Below are positions 46,723 through 57,356 of a stretch of 64,000 nt of DNA, in pieces. Numbering within the stretch: position 1 is the first letter of the stretch; every line of letters begins with the position of its first letter. The notes beneath the pieces were generated by a model that searched no databases, was not told the origin of the DNA, and saw only the letters and a list, made by a program, of their open reading frames with translations. The stretch is from the NCBI GenBank assembly GCA_003279635.1, contig QCHK01000001.1:5697-69696 (forward strand). The letters are read 5' to 3'. This DNA is from Prochlorococcus sp. AG-402-B05. GTDB lineage: Bacteria; Cyanobacteriota; Cyanobacteriia; PCC-6307; Cyanobiaceae. A program made the translations under genes and the position numbers.

Positions 46723-46811
46723 TCTTTTTTGGATAATGGAACTCGCAAGGTAATAATGTAGAATGAAGAATTAACATTTACTTCAACAGGGAGTAGTTTT
46801 TTAGTTCTAGC

Positions 46812-46882
<71 letters not shown>

Positions 46883-46894
46883 TGAATTTGATTC

Positions 46895-49000
46895 TCATAG
46901 GTTAATTTTTTTTGAATACTCGCTTGAGACCATAAGAACAAGACTGTTACTTTCAATCCGCACATTTGATTGATTAGTTAGAGGTTTTTGGGAGACTTTT
47001 TTAGTTTTCAAGATAGAGGTATCAATGTATTTTTTCCAAGGAGAAATTGGGGTTGGCAAGTCAAAAAGCATTGATTCTTTGTAAGCATTAAAGCCAAGCC
47101 AGATTGCTGAGCCATCATTGTTTTTGTTAATGCTAAATCCAAGAGTATGTGACCAGTCACCCCAGTCGGGTTTATTAACTTTAATGCCATGCCACTGAAT
47201 CCAAAAATGAGATGTTTTGACCTTGGTATTATTTTTTTGACAATCATAAATACAATCAGGACTGAAAAATTCAGATAGTTGTTTCCTTAGAGATATCAGC
47301 TTTAATACAAATTCTTTTAAGTCATGATCCCAATTATTGTGATTCCAATCCATCCAACCAAGTGGGTTGTCTTGACACCATGTGTTGTTATTACCTCCTT
47401 GGCTTCTACCTAATTCGTCTCCCATCAAAATCATTGGCACTCCTGGGGATAAAAGAAGTGTTGCCAGAAGATTTCTTTGTTGTTTTTGCCTTAAATTATT
47501 TATTTCTTTATCAGTCGTTGGTCCTTCAACTCCATAATTATAACTATTATTATCGTTCTCCCCATCTCTATTATTTTCTCCATTTGCAAGGTTATGCTTT
47601 TTGTTAAAACTTACTAGATCTTTTAATGTGAATCCATCATGAGAGGTAATGAAATTAATGCTAAATATATTTGCTAAATTATTATCATTATATAGGGACT
47701 TATTCCCTATTAATCTATCTTTAAGTGGCCAGATTGTGCCTTTATCTCCTTTCCAAAATCGTCTAATATCATCTCTAAAATGACCATTCCAAGTTCTGAA
47801 TTGTTTCGCTGGAAAATCACCTAGTTTGTAAAGCCCACCACAATCCCAAGGCTCACTGATTAATTTCACATCGCTTAGTTTAGGATCTGCTTCTATTTCT
47901 TCAAATAAGGGAGGTTTATCTAAAGGAATTAAATTTTCGCCTCTACTCAAAGCAATACCTAAGTCAAAACGAAATCCATCAACACCTAACTCAATTGCCC
48001 AACAACGCAATGATTCCAATATTAATTTTCTAACTAAAGGACGATTGGCGGCAATACTATTTCCACATCCACTTACATCTTGGTAATTTTCCTTTTCATC
48101 TTGATGGTAGTAAGTTTTAGGACCAAAATTTTTCCAACTTATACTTGGACCATCTTGATTCCCTTCTGTTGTGTGATTATAAACAACATCTATTAATACT
48201 TCTAGCTCATTATCATGGCAAACTTCTACCAACTGTTTAAATTGTTCCCTCGCTTCCAATGGATTACAACTATCTACAAAACCTTGATGTGGTGTGAACC
48301 AATTGATAGGGCTATAACCCCAATAATTAACAAGTCCTTCAGGGGCATCATTAGAATCAAAAGCGAATACCGGAAGTAATTCAATAGATGTAATACCAAG
48401 ACTTTTAAGATAAGGTATCTTTTGAATTAATCCTATAAATGTACCTTTCTTGCTTTCACTAATCTTTGAATCACTACTTTTAGTAAACCCACCAACATGT
48501 AATTCATAAATAATAGTTTTATTCCATGAATGTTTAGGCCTCGGATGAGATTTGAAATTAAAATAATCTCTTTTAGTTACTACTCCCTTTAGGCAATTAG
48601 CATAACCATGATTCACTTTTTCCTTATAATCCCTTATGTAATTTCCCCACCCTGTAATTGCTCTAGCACATGGATCTAAAACAATATTATGTTCGACAGC
48701 TTTTTGGCCGTCAATTGATACTTTGTATCCATATAATGTTCCTTCAGCTAGGCCCTCTATTTCAACGTGCCAATAATCTCCAGATCTATTTTTATGATCT
48801 AAGGGTATTGTTTCTTTTGCATACTCGTCATCTTCATTCTGGAAGATTAATAATTCTACATTTGTAGCATGTGGTGCTGCGATAGAAAAATTAACCCCAT
48901 TAAGAGTAACTGAGCTACCCAAAGGCCATGCTGAACCAGCTTTTACTTTTCCCAATTGTGTTTGTCCTTTATAAAAATAATCAAGTAGTTTTCCCTTCAA
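46895..49000 (-). CDS. glgX: Glycogen debranching enzyme (isoamylase type)
   Basis: 701 aa GH13 protein with VDGFRFDL, EPWD and FITSHDGFTL motifs. TTG start. Confidence 0.9.
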   Translation of the reverse strand: MKGKLLDYFYKGQTQLGKVKAGSAWPLGSSVTLNGVNFSIAAPHATNVELLIFQNEDDEYAKETIPLDHKNRSGDYWHVEIEGLAEGTLYGYKVSIDGQKAVEHNIVLDPCARAITGWGNYIRDYKEKVNHGYANCLKGVVTKRDYFNFKSHPRPKHSWNKTIIYELHVGGFTKSSDSKISESKKGTFIGLIQKIPYLKSLGITSIELLPVFAFDSNDAPEGLVNYWGYSPINWFTPHQGFVDSCNPLEAREQFKQLVEVCHDNELEVLIDVVYNHTTEGNQDGPSISWKNFGPKTYYHQDEKENYQDVSGCGNSIAANRPLVRKLILESLRCWAIELGVDGFRFDLGIALSRGENLIPLDKPPLFEEIEADPKLSDVKLISEPWDCGGLYKLGDFPAKQFRTWNGHFRDDIRRFWKGDKGTIWPLKDRLIGNKSLYNDNNLANIFSINFITSHDGFTLKDLVSFNKKHNLANGENNRDGENDNNSYNYGVEGPTTDKEINNLRQKQQRNLLATLLLSPGVPMILMGDELGRSQGGNNNTWCQDNPLGWMDWNHNNWDHDLKEFVLKLISLRKQLSEFFSPDCIYDCQKNNTKVKTSHFWIQWHGIKVNKPDWGDWSHTLGFSINKNNDGSAIWLGFNAYKESMLFDLPTPISPWKKYIDTSILKTKKVSQKPLTNQSNVRIESNSLVLMVSSEYSKKINL

Positions 49001-49690
49001 GGTAGTTGGTTAGTTTGTTTTTACAAGTTATAAAAAACGAAATTCAATCTTAATAGGAACTTGTATTAGGTATTTGATGCTTCTAAAAATGAATACTAAA
49101 TCGTTTCGGTGAGAGAACTTCATTATTTTGTTGCAATCTGGGTTTTGAACAGAGTTCAATCAGATTCTTATTCCAATTGAAAATCAAAATTTTAGAGCTT
49201 TTAGGGATTACAGCTTCAAAATGGATGTCCTAGAGCTAAAAAATAATCTGATTTTTCATTTATTATTCTCTTTTTTAGTCTGGGTATTATTTTGTAATAC
49301 CAATAAATGTGCTGTTCTGCAGACCTTTGTTAATTCATGAGGGTTTCATTGATTGTCTGATTTTTGTTAGAAACAATAATAAATTTCACACTTCAGAGCT
49401 CTTCTTAGGAATGAATGTGGAAACACATCTTTTCAGAAGTCTTTCCCTGACAAGCTTCTTGGGGAAAATAGAAAACTTGCATCTTTCTTAAGCTATCTAG
49501 TTCGAATTTTTCAAAGATTATTTAATGAAGAAAAAATGCAGAGATGTTTTTTAGAAAGCTTACTGTCACAAGCCCTTTGGGTTGCAGGTAAGTGATTTGC
49601 TCCATACGATTAGCAAGATTGAGTTTTTTGGAAACTAATTACATATTGGTTTCCCTCCCCTTTTACTCCCTGCTACATACAATCCTTCCA

Positions 49691-49966
49691 ATGAACAAAG
49701 CAGATTTAGTCAACCTGGTTGCTGCTCGTACAGAGCTAACTAAAACAGACGTCTCTCTGGTAGTTGATGCCGCCATAGATACAATTATTGATTCTGTAGT
49801 GGAGGGTAAGAAAGTCTCCATTCTGGGGTTTGGCTCATTTGAGCCCCGCGATCGTTCTGCTCGTCAGGGACTAAACCCTAAAACTGGAGAAAAGATAGCA
49901 ATACCTGCTAAGCGAGTCCCTGCTTTTACAGCTGGTAAATTGTTTAAGGACCGTGTTCAGGGATGA
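49691..49966 (+). CDS. hup: HU-family DNA-binding protein
   Basis: MNKADLVNLVA...GFGSFEPRDRSARQGLNPKTGEKIAIPAKRVPAF. ATG at 49691 is the HU-consistent start inside track ORF 49592..49966. Confidence 0.9.
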   Translation: MNKADLVNLVAARTELTKTDVSLVVDAAIDTIIDSVVEGKKVSILGFGSFEPRDRSARQGLNPKTGEKIAIPAKRVPAFTAGKLFKDRVQG

Positions 49967-50012
49967 GTTTTTAAAAAGCTGTTTTGCTTACTTACCTTTT
50001 TCTTTTTAAAAA

Positions 50013-50043
50013 GGGACTCTTTAAAAATGAGTCCCTTTTTTTT
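50013..50043 (+). terminator. Rho-independent terminator of hup
   Basis: GGGACTC (50013-50019), 9-nt loop, GAGTCCC (50029-50035), then TTTTTTTT. Confidence 0.7.
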
Positions 50044-50102
50044 GTGAAAATCTAAACTTTGTATGATTAAGAAAATAAGCTTTCTTTTTTTTTACTCAGG
50101 TA

Positions 50103-50480
50103 TTGTTAGTCATACTAAAACAATTATCAACACATTCTATTGGAGATGATGTTTTGATTAGTTATCGATTTGAAAAAATTAAACTCATATTTGTTTTTTT
50201 TATATATATATTCATTCCTTTAAATCCACTGATAGCAAAAGATTCCAAAGAATATATGGAAATAGATATTCTGGTATTGAGATGTTATAAAGACATTAAA
50301 TTATGCAAGGAAGTATTATTTAAAATAAATGACTATCAAAAAAGTGCTGCAATAAATAAAAAGTTTTCTTGTCAAACTAGATTACTAGGTTTAGAGGCGA
50401 ATTTAATAATGGCTATGAATTCTAATTTCAAAAGAAAAGAAGCTAAAAGTATTTTTGACTCTATCAAGAAATATTGCTAA
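50103..50480 (+). CDS. Hypothetical small secreted/membrane-anchored 4-Cys protein
   Basis: Track ORF. Hydrophobic LIFVFFIYIFIPLNPLIA, then a soluble part of about 80 aa with four Cys, one of them the C-terminal residue. The true start is probably internal. Confidence 0.45.
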   Translation: MLVILKQLSTHSIGDDVLISYRFEKIKLIFVFFIYIFIPLNPLIAKDSKEYMEIDILVLRCYKDIKLCKEVLFKINDYQKSAAINKKFSCQTRLLGLEANLIMAMNSNFKRKEAKSIFDSIKKYC

Positions 50481-50627
50481 ATAAAATCAGAAAACTGATC
50501 ACTTGAATCTTGATTTCTGACTTAGTTAACAAACTAATGTGAAAAACCAGAGCAAAACATGTTTTTATTTGATTTGCCTAAGTAAGCTTAGAACTATAAA
50601 GATAAAAAAATTCCTCTAACTAAGAAA

Positions 50628-50900
50628 ATGGGATCCAAAGCTTTTAATTCCAAAAAAACTAATGATAAGGCAACCAAGACAAATAAGGTTAAGGACAATA
50701 AGTTTAAGAAATTAACTACTAATGATCCAGATGTGTTAGTTAACCTGCCCGCTGGCATGAAATATAAAGTCCCAGGTAAGCGCCAGAGAGTTATTATTGG
50801 CTCAATAGTAATTGGTTTAAATGTCTTATTAGTTATTAGTGTACTTGTTTACTTTTACAATCCTGCATTTCAAGAGTTTGTTTATAATTTTGGACGATGA
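50628..50900 (+). CDS. 90-aa hypothetical protein (Lys-rich N-terminus, one TM helix)
   Basis: Track ORF. TM helix VIIGSIVIGLNVLLVISVLVYFY. Confidence 0.5.
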   Translation: MGSKAFNSKKTNDKATKTNKVKDNKFKKLTTNDPDVLVNLPAGMKYKVPGKRQRVIIGSIVIGLNVLLVISVLVYFYNPAFQEFVYNFGR

Positions 50901-51074
50901 TAGCGGTTTTATAAACCTAATATTTTAATCATTAGGAACAATTCAGTGAGATTTCTAAAAATAGTAAGATATTACTAATAAAAAATAAAAGTAAAGTTTG
51001 ACTAAGAATTTGTTTTTGAGTTCAGAGATAGAAACTCTATATTTTAATGTTTTAATAGATAAATTTTACTAGTA

Positions 51075-51263
51075 ATGGTCCAAAAAAGAAGCCAGGAGAA
51101 GAAGGCGAAAAAGATCCCTCAACAGCGAAAGACAACTCTTAAATGGGGAACTAATGGGGAGCTTTCAGCACTCGATATGGTTCGCATATTGGACCGTTTA
51201 AATGATCAAGATTTAACTGAATGTGAGATACCTTTAGAAACAGTAAAAGAGAAAAAATTATAA
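51075..51263 (+). CDS. 62-aa hypothetical basic protein
   Basis: Track ORF only. Confidence 0.35.
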   Translation: MVQKRSQEKKAKKIPQQRKTTLKWGTNGELSALDMVRILDRLNDQDLTECEIPLETVKEKKL

Positions 51264-51320
51264 ATTCTTTTTTTTGTCTACGAGAAAAGCTAATATATCA
51301 TTAATAATTGATTAGCTTTT

Positions 51321-51560
51321 ATGAAAATAAGCATTGCGTTAATTTCAATAATTGCAATAATTCTTGGATATTTATATTTTTTTACTGGTTATAAATCTGC
51401 TTTTGAAGCTGATCAGCAATGTCATTATGAATTACGATTGCAATCTGTTGAACTAGAAGGCTTGGGTTGTGATCACGATCTAGAAACTAATCAATGGATT
51501 CTTTATCAGAAAGGAATCAATGACAAGCCTTCTCAAGTAGTTGAACGTTATCGTTATTAA
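51321..51560 (+). CDS. 79-aa hypothetical protein with N-terminal TM/signal anchor
   Basis: Track ORF. MKISIALISIIAIILGYLYFF, with two Cys in the soluble part. Confidence 0.45.
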   Translation: MKISIALISIIAIILGYLYFFTGYKSAFEADQQCHYELRLQSVELEGLGCDHDLETNQWILYQKGINDKPSQVVERYRY

Positions 51561-51769
51561 CTTATAAATTTGTTATTGATAGTTGGGAAAATATATATGG
51601 CAATAATTGATGAGAGAAAGGCTGTAATTATAAATGTTGCAAACTGACCTATTGATCCTGGAAGATATGTATTTTGAAGGAAATAAAAATCAATAAGTGA
51701 ACCAATTGTTCCCCAAATAATTACCCAAGCAGATACATAAGAGACACCAACTAATGTTTTTTTATTCAT
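51557..51769 (-). CDS. 70-aa hypothetical membrane protein (2 TM)
   Basis: Track ORF. Its 3' end overlaps the convergent 51321..51560 ORF by 4 nt. Confidence 0.45.
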   Translation of the reverse strand: MNKKTLVGVSYVSAWVIIWGTIGSLIDFYFLQNTYLPGSIGQFATFIITAFLSSIIAIYIFPTINNKFIS

Positions 51770-51824
51770 AGCTTTTAAAAAGCAAGTAAGTTAATGGAAT
51801 AAATATAATATAAAGATTTGATTT

Positions 51825-52118
51825 CTAGCTAATTCCAAAAATTTTTAGCGTTGCTGGTTCGCCACCAAAAGCTAATTCAGTGAGTATGAGCATTAAAAAA
51901 CCGATCATAGCAACTCTGGCATTAACGAGTTCAGCATTCTCATTAAACCCAAAAACTTGTTTTACCTCTTCGCCTTTGTTATTTATCCATTTAGGGTAGG
52001 AATTGAGGTTTTGACTTGGATCAACTAGTTTAGAATCATTCTTGTTTTGAATTATTTCGGTATCATCTAGGTCTGAATTGATACTCTGATTATTGGTTTC
52101 TGAATCATTCTCGGACAT
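51825..52118 (-). CDS. One-helix CAB/ELIP/HLIP-superfamily protein with a long acidic N-terminal extension
   Basis: FGFNENAELVNARVAMIGFLMLILTE matches the chlorophyll-binding helix motif (FGF..AE..NGR.AM.GF....E). Confidence 0.7.
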   Translation of the reverse strand: MSENDSETNNQSINSDLDDTEIIQNKNDSKLVDPSQNLNSYPKWINNKGEEVKQVFGFNENAELVNARVAMIGFLMLILTELAFGGEPATLKIFGIS

Positions 52119-52594
52119 TTGAGTTTAAGATTATTCTATATGTCTAATTATAATCTATTTTGAAAGGAGTTTTGTCTTTTCGATATGTGGCCATATCTTT
52201 TAGATCTTTGAAATCATTAACTTTAAGCATCATTTAGAAAATATTCTAAATTTTTAATGAGAATCAGTAAAAATAATAATAATATTATATTAATTAGAAT
52301 ATTATTATTATTTTGTATGTATTAACAGTTTATATTCTTTATACAAAAAAAGAAAAGAGTTGTTTAAATGTGAAAAAGATTTTATTTTGTTCCTTATTAA
52401 GTTTTGTTTGACTATTAATTGATAGCTTGTCTTTTGCTCATTTTTTTGCTAAAAAATATTATATGGTTTTCCAAAATGAAAAGTGCCAGTCCTATTAGTA
52501 TTATTTTAGATTCAATTTGCTTTTTTATTCTTTATCTTCAAGAACTAATAAAAGAACTTATGTTTGTGTATAAAATCAAGCTTGTTTGGTAACT

Positions 52595-53047
52595 ATGTTG
52601 TTAAATCTTACTTGGCTAATTCCTGGTATCCCATTAATTGCATCTTTTTTTATAGCTCTGCTCTTATTAAGTTTTAGCAAAACAATGAACAGGCTTACAA
52701 AGCCAGTTTCTTATTTTATTATTATCAGTTTATCCTTTTCTGAGATATTTAATTTTATTTTATTCAAAAAAAATATAGTAGGAAGTAATCTTTTTTTTCG
52801 AAGTAATTTTGAATTAGTTGTTGATAGATCATCTTTATTGTTTTCCGAATCAATAGGTTTAATCTTCTTATTAATTATGCTTTTTTCAGTTGCCAAATTA
52901 GAAAGAAGAATTGGTTATGTTAGGTACTTTGTTTACCTAGGGCTGTTAAGTGGATTAGTTTATTTATTCTCTTTTAGTGGCAATTTATTTCACAATTTTT
53001 ATGATCCATTGATATCATCTATAGATAAGATAGGTATTTCTTTTTAG
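52595..53047 (+). CDS. Stand-alone NdhF/NuoL N-terminal-like fragment (about 150 aa, 3 TM)
   Basis: MLLNLTWLIPGIPLIASF... and GYVRYFVYLGLLSG...SGNLF parallel the first three helices of NdhF (AWLIP.LPL ... GYVRFFAYLSLF ... PNL). The frame stops where the W-E-x-V-G segment should begin. Confidence 0.6.
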   Translation: MLLNLTWLIPGIPLIASFFIALLLLSFSKTMNRLTKPVSYFIIISLSFSEIFNFILFKKNIVGSNLFFRSNFELVVDRSSLLFSESIGLIFLLIMLFSVAKLERRIGYVRYFVYLGLLSGLVYLFSFSGNLFHNFYDPLISSIDKIGISF

Positions 53048-53181
53048 GGAAATTATTTGATAAGCTATTGTGCTTAGTGAAAAATGATTTGAGGTTAAAT
53101 AATTTATGATTTTATTCTATCTTGTCATAATATCAATGTTGTAATAAAATAAAAATAATTTAAGGATTTAAGGATTTTACT

Positions 53182-54405
53182 TTGAGCGTAAATTCATCTT
53201 TAGATCTTCCAAGTAATATTGCATTAGTACATGAGTGGTTTACTCCAAGATCTACAGGAGGTGCGGAGAATGTTGTTCAGATAATTGATGATTTGTTAAC
53301 TGAGATTGCATCACAGCCAGAACTGTTTTCTTTGGTTAATGATGAAAGGTTAGAAAAAAATAGCTGGTTATTTAATCGAAAAGTAAAAACTAGCTTTATC
53401 CAAAAATTACCATTTGGGATTTCACATGTTCAACAATATTTACCCCTTTTGCCTTTTGCAATTGAGCAACTCGATTTAGAGGGATATCCATTGGTCTTAA
53501 GCAGTAATCATCTTGTCGCTAAGGGTATTTTGACATCACCTGATCAACTTCATATTAGTTATGTCCATACACCTGTTAGATACGCTTGGGATCAAATGAA
53601 TATATATTTGAAAAGATCTTTTTTAAGAAGAATTGGTTTAGGGCCGTTAATTAGATGGCAATTGCATGCTTTGAGGCAATGGGATCAATTAAGCAGCTCA
53701 AGAGTAGATTACTTTCTGGCCAATTCTAATTTTACGGCAAAAAGGATTTGGAAGTATTGGAGAAGGCGTTCAGAGGTTCTACATCCTCCTGTAGATGTAA
53801 ATCGTTTTGAATGGAATAGGCCTAGGGAAGATTTCTATTTAAGTGTCTGTAGATTGGTTCCTAATAAAAGGGTTGATTTACTTGTTAGGGCTTTTAATAG
53901 ACTCAAATTACCTTTAATAGTTGTTGGCGACGGAGTGGAAAAGGAATATTTACAAGAGCTTGCAGGTCCAACTGTTCAAATTATTGGATTTCAAGGCAAA
54001 GAGAAGATTGAAAGTCTAATGAGCAGATGTAGGGCCTTTGTTTATGCTGGTATTGAGGATTTTGGAATAGCTCCTGTGGAGGCGATGGCCTCAGGAGCTC
54101 CTGTGGTTGCTTTTGGTAAGGGAGGGGTCTTAGATACGGTTAAATGTTTTCATTCTGATTCAGACAAAAGAGCAACTGGCCTTTTGTTTTCTTCTCAGAC
54201 AGTAAAGTCCTTGGTTGAAGCAATCGAATTTTTCAAGGAAAAGCAACTTTGGAGAGATTTAAATCCTGAGTTAATTAGAGATTGGAGTAATTCTTTTTCT
54301 CAAGATTCTTTTAAAGATAAATTTGCCAAAACCTTAAATAGAGCTTGGAGGGAGCATGTCAATTCTTGTGACATTGCTACTAGTGACCTTAGTTCTTCAT
54401 CATGA
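53182..54405 (+). CDS. GT4-family (GT-B fold) glycosyltransferase
   Basis: C-terminal EDFGIAPVEAMASGAPVV (E-x7-E type motif). TTG start. Confidence 0.85.
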   Translation: MSVNSSLDLPSNIALVHEWFTPRSTGGAENVVQIIDDLLTEIASQPELFSLVNDERLEKNSWLFNRKVKTSFIQKLPFGISHVQQYLPLLPFAIEQLDLEGYPLVLSSNHLVAKGILTSPDQLHISYVHTPVRYAWDQMNIYLKRSFLRRIGLGPLIRWQLHALRQWDQLSSSRVDYFLANSNFTAKRIWKYWRRRSEVLHPPVDVNRFEWNRPREDFYLSVCRLVPNKRVDLLVRAFNRLKLPLIVVGDGVEKEYLQELAGPTVQIIGFQGKEKIESLMSRCRAFVYAGIEDFGIAPVEAMASGAPVVAFGKGGVLDTVKCFHSDSDKRATGLLFSSQTVKSLVEAIEFFKEKQLWRDLNPELIRDWSNSFSQDSFKDKFAKTLNRAWREHVNSCDIATSDLSSSS

Positions 54406-54466
54406 AAATCCTAATTAAGTATGTTGGATATTGATTGAGGTCTTTGTTTAACTACCTCAATAATTT

Positions 54467-55219
54467 GTGCAAACTAATCCTAGAAAATCTTTATTACGAT
54501 GGTCTGAGTTCCGTAAAGGCTCGCCAACAATTCCGTATGAAGTCATTTCAAAAGAACCCTCCTGTTTGCCTGCTTTAGAAATAATAAGAAATCAAAGTCG
54601 ATCTGGCCGCACATTAAAAAGGATAGGAGATATTGTTTTTTCTTTGATTATTTTAACCTTAGGCTCACCAATATTTATCTTAATTGGGATATTAGTAAAG
54701 TTAAGTTCTCCCGGTTCAGTTTTTTATATACAAAAAAGAGTAGGTAGAAACTATAAAGAATTTGGATGTATAAAGTTTCGTACTATGTATAAAGATGCTG
54801 ATGATTTACTACCAAACTTATTAGAGAAATATCCCCTTATGAGAAAGGAATTTGAAAATGATTCTAAATTACGTCAAGATCCAAGAATAACAAAATTAGG
54901 AAGATTTCTTCGACGATCTAGTTTAGATGAATTACCCCAATTCCTTAATGTTTTAAAAGGGGAAATGAGTGTTGTTGGACCAAGACCAATAGTTAGTAAT
55001 GAGACTATTAAATATAGTCTTTTTATGGAAGAGGTTATATCAGTTAGGCCAGGTCTAACTGGATTATGGCAGGTTAGTGGTAGGAATAACCTGAGTTATA
55101 AAAAAAGGGTTGAATTAGATTTATTTTATGCAAGAAATAGAAATTTCATACTTGATTTAGAAATCATTATTCTTACTTTAGGCGTTTTACTCTTTCCAAT
55201 GGATAGAGGTGCTTTTTGA
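54467..55219 (+). CDS. Polyprenyl-phosphate sugar phosphotransferase (bacterial sugar transferase, WbaP/EpsL type)
   Basis: DELPQFLNVLKGEMSVVGPRP and GLTGLWQVSGRN motifs. GTG start. Confidence 0.85.
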   Translation: MQTNPRKSLLRWSEFRKGSPTIPYEVISKEPSCLPALEIIRNQSRSGRTLKRIGDIVFSLIILTLGSPIFILIGILVKLSSPGSVFYIQKRVGRNYKEFGCIKFRTMYKDADDLLPNLLEKYPLMRKEFENDSKLRQDPRITKLGRFLRRSSLDELPQFLNVLKGEMSVVGPRPIVSNETIKYSLFMEEVISVRPGLTGLWQVSGRNNLSYKKRVELDLFYARNRNFILDLEIIILTLGVLLFPMDRGAF

Positions 55220-55221
55220 AT

Positions 55222-56169
55222 TTATAAGTTTATAAATTTTATTATCAAGTAAAAACCTAGAATCCAAAAAAACTCAAGCCTAAGACTCAGACCCAGTATT
55301 TTTCTGACTGAATTAATACTTGCCATAGAATACATTTCTGCAATTATTGGCTTTATCCTTTTTTCCCCTTTGTAATAGTTTACCCCCCCCATTTTTACTT
55401 CTGCACAATAAGCAAAAATTGCTTCAGAAATTCCTGAGTTTGGGGAAGAATCAACATTTCCATCCTTCCAGGCATCTTTTATTGTTTTAAAAATTGACTG
55501 CCTTGTTTTGCAGCAAAAAGGAAGAGTAATTAATACAATTCTTGAGGGAATCCATACCATTAGATCGTCCAGCTTCGCACCAATAAAGCCAATCCACTTT
55601 AATTTCCCTTCTTTGTATCCAAGCATTGAATCAATGGTGCTAGATGCTTTAAAGATCCATGCCAAGGCCAGTGGCCCTGGCATGGATTGATTAAATTCCC
55701 AGAAAATAGTTCCTAAAAACATCCAAAATAATGGAGCAAATATACCATCCACAGAATTTTCACTTGCTGTCTCAGCTAAAGCTCTAAGAATTTCATTCCT
55801 ATCTAAATTCTCTACATCTCTACCAACTATAAGACTTAATTTTTGTCTTGGATTACTTAAATTGTCTATAGTATTTTCTTTGCTTATTATATTTAAAATT
55901 TCAAGAATACTTTTATTTAGACTTTTTGAAGCAAGAGAACTGCTTATAACCAAAGAAAAAAATAATATACTTAAAATAGGATTTTTTATTTCAAAAAATA
56001 AAAATAATCTTTCTATAATCCATCCACATATTCCACTTGATGATACAACTATAAATGTAATTATTAATCCTCCTATATATAACCCAGATTTATTTTCTTT
56101 CGCAATTCTCACTGTTAACTCTTTTGAAAAACTAATAACCACACCCATAAATTGGACAGGGTGTGGCAA
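55222..56169 (-). CDS. cobD: Adenosylcobinamide-phosphate synthase (CobD/CbiB)
   Basis: 315-aa membrane protein. SPNSGISEAIFAYCAEVKMGG resembles the conserved SPNAG..EAA.AG..G..LGG region. Confidence 0.85.
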   Translation of the reverse strand: MPHPVQFMGVVISFSKELTVRIAKENKSGLYIGGLIITFIVVSSSGICGWIIERLFLFFEIKNPILSILFFSLVISSSLASKSLNKSILEILNIISKENTIDNLSNPRQKLSLIVGRDVENLDRNEILRALAETASENSVDGIFAPLFWMFLGTIFWEFNQSMPGPLALAWIFKASSTIDSMLGYKEGKLKWIGFIGAKLDDLMVWIPSRIVLITLPFCCKTRQSIFKTIKDAWKDGNVDSSPNSGISEAIFAYCAEVKMGGVNYYKGEKRIKPIIAEMYSMASINSVRKILGLSLRLEFFWILGFYLIIKFINL

Positions 56170-56231
56170 GTTTTTAGGATCACCTATTAAAAGGTCAAGA
56201 ATAACAGCAACTAATATTAAGTGAATGATAT

Positions 56232-57251
<1,020 letters not shown>

Positions 57252-57356
57252 TTAAGGCCGAGCTTACGAAATAGAGTGCTATTGAAACCACTTTCATTGA
57301 TATATTTTTTTGACTATCAAGACAATTTAATTAATGAGAACGCCGAACTTTTCATC

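Noticed and set aside
49420-49436. GGAAACA within a small hairpin (ATGTG-GAAA-CACAT), which recalls motifs of cyanobacterial Yfr-type sRNAs
   Set aside because: It is a single short motif with no adjacent terminator, and I do not have a reliable memory of the full consensus. This is insufficient to call an sRNA gene.
52272-52312. 15-nt inverted repeat AATAATAATAATATT / AATATTATTATTATT separated by 11 nt
   Set aside because: It consists only of A/T within an extremely AT-rich 476-nt spacer. Such palindromes arise by chance in low-complexity sequence and would form a very weak hairpin.
53161-53181. Tandem AAGGATTT-AAGGATTT directly before the glycosyltransferase start
   Set aside because: There are only two copies of an 8-mer. 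The simplest explanation is an SD-like AAGGA sequence duplicated by chance.
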